A model generated the notes under the pieces. It had not been told where the DNA came from and searched no databases. It was given only the letters and a program-made list of their open reading frames with translations. From an archaeon (GTDB taxonomy: Archaea > Asgardarchaeota > Thorarchaeia > Thorarchaeales > Thorarchaeaceae), in the NCBI GenBank assembly GCA_024275415.1, contig JAJRZD010000127.1, positions 6,902-38,901 on the forward strand: a stretch of 32,000 bases of DNA, written 5' to 3'. Positions 24,945 through 32,000 of this stretch are shown here, piece by piece; position 1 is the first letter of the stretch; each line of letters starts with the position of its first letter. A program made the position numbers and the translations under genes.

Positions 24945-27134
24945 TTACATTAGTTCTTGGATTTCCTTAACCGTGTTCTTGTCATTCTTACGATAAGCCA
25001 AGACCTTCGAAGCCTCGTTCCTATTGAAACCATAGAGGGACAATACCAACGCCTCAATCATGGGATGTGAGTGGTTAGAGGGTTTTCGAATGGCACCCAC
25101 AAGAGATGCTATGTGAGTCGCCCGTTCCTCATTGTTCTCAACAAACGGGTCAGCAACTGGTAAACTAGCAAGCTCACGATTAGAAACGTGGTTGTTCGAG
25201 CTTGCAATGGTGAATCTCCAGTTAAGCAGCTCCGAGTTCAGCACACCCATAAGGTAATACAACACCCAGTCAGGAGTGCCATTCTGTAGAACAATATAGT
25301 TGCAAGAGTTTGCCAGCACTATTCGGGGCTTGACGGGAGCGAACTTCAGCCGCCAGTGATTCTGTTGGTTTGACACCTGCTGACAGGCAATCCTCAGTGA
25401 TGTGATATGCTTCATTCGGGACGAGTTCCTCTTTGAGGAATAGAAGGCATTGTAATCGACATGTTCAGAGTTATCACGGAACTTTCCTGACAAAGCGTAC
25501 CGACCAATACCAGAGCCTCGGAGCAACAGATAAGAACCGGATCCCTTGTGAATGAATTGTTTGTCAAGTGTCAAATCCAATTCGCCTCGATGGTTCCTGA
25601 GCCAATGATAACTTGAAAGGGGGGCGTGCTTGTGCATCTTCCGAAGCAGTTTCCAGTCATGGGAATCGACCCGGGGGATTGCGTAGGATTCACCAAAGAC
25701 ACGTTTGATGTCTTGCAGTTTCAACCGGTACGATCTTGTACCATGTTTCACACCTGACGAGCCCATGCCAAACTGTACCTTGAATGCCCTTGTTGTGCCT
25801 GTTCTCTGGACATGACCTATGCAGACAGATTGCGTGACTTGCTCGAACAGACGGGCGGACTCTGGGAACTCTGTGATAGTCAGTATACAGTTGTTGACGA
25901 GCAGATCCTTTCGTAACTTGGATGCGGATGCGTCAGCAAGAAGAGTGGATGGCACGATGAATCCAATCTCACCGTTTTCCCGTGTGAGCATCAACGCCCT
26001 TTCGATGAAGAGATGATATGTGTTGATGGAGGCTGAAATGCTTGAAGCATACTCTCCAGACCGTCTGAAATAGAGCAGGTCTTCTTGCATCTGGAGCTTG
26101 TGATCCTCATACTCGTCCATATTGATGATTCTTGAACCAGCCCGTAGCTTGGTTCGCATAAACTCAGCTCTATTGGGTTTCAATCTGGAGTATGGTGGAT
26201 TGAACAACAGGATATCGAACCCACCCCTTTCGAGTTGCTCGCTAAACTCATCCTTCCATTCGAACGGAGTTCTTGAACGCGGCTCTGCAAAGAACCTCTC
26301 ATGAGACCCTGTGACTCTCCAGCCTCTGAGATTGATCAGTGAATTGCCTACTCTGAACTGTTCATCCCGGATAGCACGGTGGGATGCCAGAGAAAGGGAG
26401 GTCTTGGCAATTTCCAATGCGGCCGGGTCAATATCAACACCACAGATGTTCTCGGATATTCGGGTCAATGCTTCTGAGGTTGCTTGAGGAGAGAGAAGTG
26501 ACGAGAGCGAATCCCTGATTGCCTCGAATGCAGCAACTAGGAAGATACCTGAGCCACAGCAGGGATCTAGAACCGACAGGTCATCAAATCCTGACAGGGA
26601 GTGAGCTTGATTGTGACCTATCCGGCTCAAGTATGAACCGACGGTCTGACGAGCAATAAACCGGGCAATAAGAGCAGGGGTGTAGAAGATGCCCCGTAAT
26701 CGTTTCTCCAGAAACCCCGTGCTCCCAGAGCTATAGGTTGTACCTGAGTGGATTAGTCCTAACACTTCAGATAACATAACTGCATCAAGACTGGCGGTGG
26801 TATTAGATTCCGGTTCGAACTCGTCCTGCAGTATCTCCCTAATGACCTTCAACACGAGATCTTTGTCAACGGATTGGCCTTTGGACAGAGAAGACATCTC
26901 ACGGATGGCAAGACAGTCAGTCGAGGTCGTAGGTCTCTGCCACGACGTGATGACCGCATTCAATGCAAGCAAACGGGTTGCCTCTAATGCCTCTGGGGAG
27001 GGATCCAAGATTTTCCGGATTGTTTCATGCGATTGCTTGATGAAGTGGACTGCGATGCCTGAAGATGTGTTGAATTCACTGAGCATTGTCGGTTGTATGA
27101 CCATGCCTGAACAAAAAGGATTCTCACATAACAT
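24945..27134 (-). CDS. N6-adenine DNA methyltransferase, Alw26I/Eco31I/Esp3I family (gamma class)
   Basis: GIFYTP, motif I LDPCCGSGIFL, motif IV NPPY, family-type TRD motifs RGELDLT, CQQVSN, LANSCNYI, LLNWRF..SSNNHVSN. Confidence 0.9.
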   Translation of the reverse strand: MLCENPFCSGMVIQPTMLSEFNTSSGIAVHFIKQSHETIRKILDPSPEALEATRLLALNAVITSWQRPTTSTDCLAIREMSSLSKGQSVDKDLVLKVIREILQDEFEPESNTTASLDAVMLSEVLGLIHSGTTYSSGSTGFLEKRLRGIFYTPALIARFIARQTVGSYLSRIGHNQAHSLSGFDDLSVLDPCCGSGIFLVAAFEAIRDSLSSLLSPQATSEALTRISENICGVDIDPAALEIAKTSLSLASHRAIRDEQFRVGNSLINLRGWRVTGSHERFFAEPRSRTPFEWKDEFSEQLERGGFDILLFNPPYSRLKPNRAEFMRTKLRAGSRIINMDEYEDHKLQMQEDLLYFRRSGEYASSISASINTYHLFIERALMLTRENGEIGFIVPSTLLADASASKLRKDLLVNNCILTITEFPESARLFEQVTQSVCIGHVQRTGTTRAFKVQFGMGSSGVKHGTRSYRLKLQDIKRVFGESYAIPRVDSHDWKLLRKMHKHAPLSSYHWLRNHRGELDLTLDKQFIHKGSGSYLLLRGSGIGRYALSGKFRDNSEHVDYNAFYSSKRNSSRMKHITSLRIACQQVSNQQNHWRLKFAPVKPRIVLANSCNYIVLQNGTPDWVLYYLMGVLNSELLNWRFTIASSNNHVSNRELASLPVADPFVENNEERATHIASLVGAIRKPSNHSHPMIEALVLSLYGFNRNEASKVLAYRKNDKNTVKEIQELM

Positions 27135-27165
27135 GGTCAGTTATCACTAGGATGCGCATTGGCCC

Positions 27166-27837
27166 CTAGCGGTATCTCCGCATGTCTGACTCTGCAAGCC
27201 GGAGCCCCAGCAACACGATATCTGTCCCTTTCATATCGATAATCCGTTTGAGATTGGAAAGCATTTCTGGAGTGTTGTTCTTCAGGAACCCATAGAATGT
27301 GTCCTCAGATTGACAGAGGGCACGGTATAGCTTTTCTATATAGCCAAGCAGTACACTCTTCTTTACGTTCCTGACACCATATTTGTACCGCAGGTAGTTA
27401 CGGACAAGGTCAAGCACATACTGCCCGATTTCCTTGGAGTCCTTGACTACCTCTTCTGTGACGCGTCGAGGTGTGGAGTGCATCCGTTTCATCCTCGCAC
27501 GTCGGCTTCCGAGGGCCAGTTTGATCTCTTCGAGAGGAGCCCGAGGAGTCAACGGGACACCAATATCCGTTTCTGAAATCAATCGTCGATATGCCCTGTG
27601 ACCATGCAAGTCCAAGGATGAAAGATAGCCCTTTGCTTCCATCTCTCTGAGAGTTTTTCGAAACTCTTCACGGCTTACTAGTGACGTTTCTCCGGATATT
27701 TGGAGGAACCTCTCGTAAAGGCTCTCCTCATAGAGGATGACCGTCCATCCAAAGGCCCGTGCAATATCTAATTCTAGGCGGCTTAGTCGTTCAGTGCGTG
27801 CGTTCAGATCAGGCAACGTATGCCCCCCGCTCGTCAT
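27166..27837 (-). CDS. Hypothetical basic protein with probable N-terminal wHTH
   Basis: SREEFRKTLREMEAKGYL...GHRAYRRL recognition-helix/wing pattern; co-oriented 31 nt upstream of the m6A MTase ORF. Confidence 0.6.
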   Translation of the reverse strand: MTSGGHTLPDLNARTERLSRLELDIARAFGWTVILYEESLYERFLQISGETSLVSREEFRKTLREMEAKGYLSSLDLHGHRAYRRLISETDIGVPLTPRAPLEEIKLALGSRRARMKRMHSTPRRVTEEVVKDSKEIGQYVLDLVRNYLRYKYGVRNVKKSVLLGYIEKLYRALCQSEDTFYGFLKNNTPEMLSNLKRIIDMKGTDIVLLGLRLAESDMRRYR

Positions 27838-27939
27838 AACATACGAAGAGAAATCAAATAAAATTAATCAACAACGCACATTGGAGTATTTTTCCTCACA
27901 TGGAAGGTTAAATAGGTAGACCAACGACCTACAACCCAT

Positions 27940-28764
27940 ATGCCCGAGAATCCGGATATGACAGACGCGGACAAAAAAATCGAAGATATCATCGAAGACC
28001 TCAAGGAGAAACCACAGGACATTCAGAAATGGCATGCTTTTGGAGTGGCACTCCTCAACGTAGGACGCATTGATGAAGCTGAGAATGCGTTCAGGCAGTG
28101 CTTGAGGTTAGATGCGGATCATCCATTGGCATTGGGAGACCTCGGGGGCATCTTCATTCTGAGAAGGAAACCCAAAGACGCAATCAAGTATCTCAGGAGA
28201 AGCCTCACAATATCTCCGGAGAATCACGAATATTGGTCTGCATTAGGGGTGGCGTTCCTTCAGCGTAACAAGTTCAAGGATGCAATCAAGGCATTCGAGA
28301 AGTGCATCTCGATCGAGCCTGATTTCCATGATGCCATCATCTCACTTGGACTGGTTCACTACAGGATGGAAAACTGGAAAACTGCGGTTAGATACTTGGA
28401 GAGGTCTCTGAGAATAGAACCTGATAACTACGATGTGTTGAAAGCACTTGCCAGAACGCAACTGAAACTAGGTCGGAAAGAGGAGCTGGTGACGACGTAT
28501 CGGCGAATGCTTGAAAAGAACCCTGATGACCACACTGTTCTAGTCTACCTCGGACAGATAGCATTCGACTCTGGCAAACACGATGAGGGACTGAATCTCT
28601 ACCAACAAGCATTAGAAAAGGATCCGACTCTCATCATGGGATGGAAGATGCTCGGAGAAGGGTTGCAGAAGATGGGCAGACACCCCGAGGCAAAAGCTGC
28701 ACTTCAGAGGTACAATGAACTGATGGAGCAGCAAAAAAAGATAACACGACTGTACGGACATTAG
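27940..28764 (+). CDS. Tetratricopeptide repeat protein (7 TPRs)
   Basis: Seven consecutive 34-aa repeats with W/L..LG..Y....A...F..A/L...P consensus. Confidence 0.92.
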   Translation: MPENPDMTDADKKIEDIIEDLKEKPQDIQKWHAFGVALLNVGRIDEAENAFRQCLRLDADHPLALGDLGGIFILRRKPKDAIKYLRRSLTISPENHEYWSALGVAFLQRNKFKDAIKAFEKCISIEPDFHDAIISLGLVHYRMENWKTAVRYLERSLRIEPDNYDVLKALARTQLKLGRKEELVTTYRRMLEKNPDDHTVLVYLGQIAFDSGKHDEGLNLYQQALEKDPTLIMGWKMLGEGLQKMGRHPEAKAALQRYNELMEQQKKITRLYGH

Positions 28765-28911
28765 CAAATGCTGACAACGGAAGAAAGACTCAGCAGGCGC
28801 AGAAATTTACAGACAGTGAGCCCAACTGGACACATAGCTAGAAGTCTACGATGAATAACCATCATCAAACATTTCCATAAACAAGTACTTGCTAATCTCG
28901 GATAGAAGAAG

Positions 28912-28987
28912 TGGAGCCGGCTCTGGGATTTGCACCCAGGTAAAACAGATCTGCAGTCTGTCGCGTAAGCTTCTCCGCCAAACCGGC
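28912..28987 (-). tRNA. tRNA-Cys (GCA), intronless, CCA encoded
   Basis: GCCGGTT/AGCCGGC acceptor stem, ACAGA-CTGCAGA-TCTGT anticodon arm, CTGGG-TGCAAAT-CCCAG T arm, U73 discriminator, 76 nt. Confidence 0.95.
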
Positions 28988-29013
28988 TCTAGTATGTCTA
29001 GACTGAAACATTC

Positions 29014-29027
29014 CAGTTTTAAAACTG
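29014..29027. promoter_or_regulatory. Palindromic TATA element upstream of tRNA-Cys
   Basis: Perfect palindrome CAGTTTTAAAACTG; TTTTAAAA core lies 30-37 nt upstream of the tRNA 5' end. Confidence 0.55.
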
Positions 29028-29114
29028 TCGGCAATAATTGCAAGCATCTGGCTCCCGGCAGGCTAGTACAATAACCCTTTTTGCATACAACGTGTTGGTG
29101 TCCAGTATCTCATT

Positions 29115-29774
29115 GTGAGCGAGGACAATTCGATGGCTAACCTTATCGATATAGGGCTTTCTGAGGGAATCATTGTGGAAACAATAGTATCTACCTATGA
29201 CAAAAACGGCCGGCCCACAGCAGCACCCATGGGTGTGAAAGCAAAGGATGCACAACACATCATAATCAGACCTTATACCTCAACTCAGACTTATAAGAAT
29301 CTGGGACTGAAACAGTGCGCCGTAGTTAATCTGACTTCTGACCCTGAACTATTCTATCATACAGCTTTCAAAGAAACAAATCCGGAAGGCAAGGTGCCTT
29401 GGGAGTGGTTTGGAGATGCTGAGCGGGTAAATGCTCCCAAGCTCAATAGAGCAGATGCGTTCATTGAGATATCAGTCCTTGATGTCAGGGATTCGGATGC
29501 CGACAGGGCTGATGTGCTTTGTGATGTCAAGCTTATCAAGGTGCTAGACCATTCGCCCAGAGGTTATTGTCGCGCAACCTTTGCAACCATCGAGGCCATT
29601 ATCCATGCAACTCGGGTAGGGGTCTTCTTGGATATCGGTGAACAAGAAAAAGCACAGAGGTTAATAGACCTTATTAGCCACTACACCGCCATCGTGAACC
29701 GTGTTGCTCCGAATTCACATCTTTCAGAAATCATGGCTGGCCTGAATCGAAGAACCAATCCAGTGGAGTATTGA
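29115..29774 (+). CDS. DUF447 family protein (methanopterin-biosynthesis associated)
   Basis: ETIVST...TAAPMGV, IRPY..TQTYKNL, RA..A.IEAIIHATRV. Confidence 0.85.
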   Translation: MSEDNSMANLIDIGLSEGIIVETIVSTYDKNGRPTAAPMGVKAKDAQHIIIRPYTSTQTYKNLGLKQCAVVNLTSDPELFYHTAFKETNPEGKVPWEWFGDAERVNAPKLNRADAFIEISVLDVRDSDADRADVLCDVKLIKVLDHSPRGYCRATFATIEAIIHATRVGVFLDIGEQEKAQRLIDLISHYTAIVNRVAPNSHLSEIMAGLNRRTNPVEY

Positions 29775-29910
29775 AATCCTAGCCTTGAAACGATCAGATA
29801 CAAGAATCAATGTTTCCTTCAGGTTCTTCCATAGAGAGAAATGACTCCAGCCCGAGGGTTCCATCTCTCTGGGAGCTTGACTCATACTAAAACGCGGGAG
29901 CTACTGCAAT

Positions 29911-30165
29911 TTAGTCATTCGTACCTTCTCCAAGCGGTCTTCTCTTGTAATCGTGTAACGAGTCAATATCTTCATCAAGGACTAATGCCCTCGGAAAAAT
30001 CATCACACATTCAGGGTCATCAGGGTCATCTTGCTCTATGCATAGTAGGATTCTTTCGTCCCCGTTGAAGTACCCCTTCATCAGGATTAGAGTTCCCTTA
30101 TGCACGGCAGTAACAATCTCGTCAAAATAACGAGATGCTTTTACAGGGATTGTGTCTTCAGTCAT
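29911..30165 (-). CDS. Small acidic hypothetical protein
   Basis: 84-aa ORF, the longest in the 670-bp gap, with protein-like composition. Confidence 0.55.
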   Translation of the reverse strand: MTEDTIPVKASRYFDEIVTAVHKGTLILMKGYFNGDERILLCIEQDDPDDPECVMIFPRALVLDEDIDSLHDYKRRPLGEGTND

Positions 30166-30444
30166 ATTCCTCGTACCCTAATTTCATAAAATCGGCGCTG
30201 TAACTCCCAAAACGCGGAATCTACTTCTAATAGTCCATCCAGTATAATTAATCTTGCTCATACGAGCCCTCATAACCTTTCTTTTTCGGGATGCTTGTAC
30301 GGCGACTCAAAACCACTCGTTCCCTTGTAAAGCGCATCACAAAATATGTGTGGTGATGGAAATGGACGAGCCTAAAGCAATCATCATCACGGACTGGTTT
30401 ATGGAATACAGTAATGTATAAGTTAATGCCCGTCCGATGAGCTA

Positions 30445-31434
30445 TTGACGATGAAAGTTTACGTCGAATCGCCAGCAAGACTTCACATGGGGCTATTAGA
30501 CCTTGGAGGGGATCTAGGACGCATCTTTGGAGGGTTAGGAGTTGCAATTGATCATCCAAACGTGGTTCTTGAAGCTCGACTTTCTGAAAATCTGACTGTG
30601 GCAGGTGAGAGAACCGATCTGGTGAAACCTATGGTCAGGCGTGTTCTTGAGGCTTATCGCTTAGATGCAAAAGTAGAGGTCACTGTCCAGCAGGTCATCC
30701 CTGAGCATGTGGGATTGGGATCTGAAACACAGTTGGCACTGGCAGTATCTTCAGCTATCGCAGAGCTGTTCAATGTCAAAGCAACCCTTCAGGAACTTGC
30801 GTTCATCATGGGAAAAGGACACATATCAGGTGTTGGCACATCAGTCTTCGAACATGGCGGCTTCGTGGTGGAGGCTGGATTGAAGACCAAAGATGGAAAG
30901 CCTCACCTATCGGAGCCAGAGGGCTTCCCGCCTGTCGTCTTTCGTCATCAGTTCCCAGAGGACTGGCGATTAGTCGTAGCAATCCCAAATGTCAGGCAGG
31001 GCTTGACAGATGAAGAAGAAGTGCCAGCATTTGAAGGATTACCACCGATGGCATCTCAAGATGTCGGCAAGATCTGTCGCCTCGTAGTGATGAAGCTCCT
31101 TCCCTCGTTGATAGAGCATGATATTGAGAGTTTTGGCGATGCACTTACGCAAATCCAGATTATCGTCGGGGAGTTCTTTGCTGGAGTCCAGGGAGGAAGA
31201 TACTCCAGCACGATTGCAGAAGCGCTTGCAGATCACATGACAAGTTATGGAGCCTATGGTGTGGGACAAAGCTCGTGGGGACCTGCTTTTTACGGACTAG
31301 TAGATAGTGAAATACAAGCGAAGGAACTCCAATCAAACACTCAAACCTTGCTCGATGACAGCCTCGGTGGGCAGGTATTCATCGCAATGGCAAACAATAG
31401 TGGTGCCATGATCAAACGGATTGCGGAAGAATAG
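30445..31434 (+). CDS. mptG: Beta-ribofuranosylaminobenzene 5'-phosphate synthase family (GHMP fold); likely start ATG 30451
   Basis: PARLHMGLLD, GR.FGGLG, HVGLGS.TQLALA, SGVG..F..GGFVV..G, GVGQSSWGP. Confidence 0.9.
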   Translation: MTMKVYVESPARLHMGLLDLGGDLGRIFGGLGVAIDHPNVVLEARLSENLTVAGERTDLVKPMVRRVLEAYRLDAKVEVTVQQVIPEHVGLGSETQLALAVSSAIAELFNVKATLQELAFIMGKGHISGVGTSVFEHGGFVVEAGLKTKDGKPHLSEPEGFPPVVFRHQFPEDWRLVVAIPNVRQGLTDEEEVPAFEGLPPMASQDVGKICRLVVMKLLPSLIEHDIESFGDALTQIQIIVGEFFAGVQGGRYSSTIAEALADHMTSYGAYGVGQSSWGPAFYGLVDSEIQAKELQSNTQTLLDDSLGGQVFIAMANNSGAMIKRIAEE

Positions 31435-31515
31435 CCTGCCGATACATACCGATGTTCTCAAATGTATCATAGTGATGGTTCACTCATCGAAAACAGGACA
31501 AATGCCCAGAGCGTG

Positions 31516-32000
31516 TCATTCACTTCTTAGGCTTTCAATAATGGCGTTCTTGTCAAAATCAGGGAAGTATGTGTAGTCGAGGACTGTCCCTTTTGCTTCC
31601 CTGATCTTCATGGTTTCTACAAGGTCACGATACTTTCCGCCTTCGATACCATTGGCGATTAGGGCTGTGCCTTGTGCCACATCCTTCGCCTCTGTTACGA
31701 ACACATGTTTGGGTCGCCGTGCTGTGACATCAAACTTTTCAGCTAACCGCTTTACAAGATCCGTACGAAGTTTCTCTACACGGGAGAGTCTGCCTGTCAG
31801 GATTATCTCTCTTGGCTGTTTCTCGAAGGTTGTTTGCAACATTGCCACTGCCTTGATGATACCCTCGGTCATGCTCTCACATGCCATCTGGTAGTCTTCC
31901 CGATCCAGATTTGCACTGAAGTCCTCGACCTCCAGCACATTGCCAGAGGCTATGAAGGTTGTTCCGGCCTCGAAAAGCTTGAGCTTGCTGAACTTTCCCA
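31516..32000 (-). CDS. DUF1464 family protein, C-terminal part (5' end outside window)
   Basis: Frame is open to the window edge; IILTGRLSR, AQGTALIANGIEGG.Y..LV..M.IREAKGTVLDY. Confidence 0.75.
   Translation of the reverse strand, partial: GKFSKLKLFEAGTTFIASGNVLEVEDFSANLDREDYQMACESMTEGIIKAVAMLQTTFEKQPREIILTGRLSRVEKLRTDLVKRLAEKFDVTARRPKHVFVTEAKDVAQGTALIANGIEGGKYRDLVETMKIREAKGTVLDYTYFPDFDKNAIIESLRSE

Noticed and set aside
22491-28764. Calling the SAVED-containing locus a CBASS or type III CRISPR system
   Set aside because: No CD-NTase, Cas10, E1/E2/JAB, TRIP13/HORMA or effector domain and no repeat array in the window
22491-28987. Genomic island integrated at the tRNA-Cys 3' end
   Set aside because: The position is suggestive, but no integrase and no duplicate of the tRNA 3' end (att site) were found by eye; GC shift not established
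28765-29114. Contig or organism junction near the tRNA
   Set aside because: Spot GC estimates vary as much within each side as between them; all genes are compatible with one archaeon
30248-30559. 103-aa minus-strand ORF
   Set aside because: Overlaps the mptG start on the opposite strand and has no motifs
30703-30741. GLGSETQL instead of GLGSGTQL in mptG
   Set aside because: This position of the GHMP loop varies in the family, so it is weak evidence of altered function
1-32000. CRISPR arrays, IS elements, rRNA, selenocysteine signals
   Set aside because: No spaced direct repeats, transposase motifs, rRNA-like segments or in-frame TGA at conserved Cys positions were seen

Overview
Archaeal window, very likely an Asgard lineage such as Thorarchaeia. 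This is inferred from multi-domain longin/small-GTPase proteins, Sec11, archaeal tRNA-Cys and methanopterin genes. From left to right it holds housekeeping and metabolic genes: sec11, an Fe-S protein with a broken 5' end, an MBL-rhodanese/ggt/aspA operon, a large glycosylated surface protein, a CaCA exchanger, ppa and a HAD hydrolase. Next, nadA is divergent from an NAD-kinase-wHTH fusion followed by a long beta-CASP nuclease. Then come a tandem pair of longin-G domain-longin-2xwHTH proteins (one intact GTPase, one pseudo-GTPase) and an Alw26I/Eco31I/Esp3I-type methyltransferase pair with no endonuclease. Two divergent paralogous stand-alone half-SAVED-like genes lie between those methyltransferases. 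The window ends with a TPR protein, tRNA-Cys, DUF447, mptG and a partial DUF1464. The best novelty candidates are the MTase plus twin mini-SAVED locus (22491-27837) and the GTPase/pseudo-GTPase pair (18667-22440). No CRISPR array, IS element or integrase was seen. All family calls come from motif recognition by eye, not database searches.
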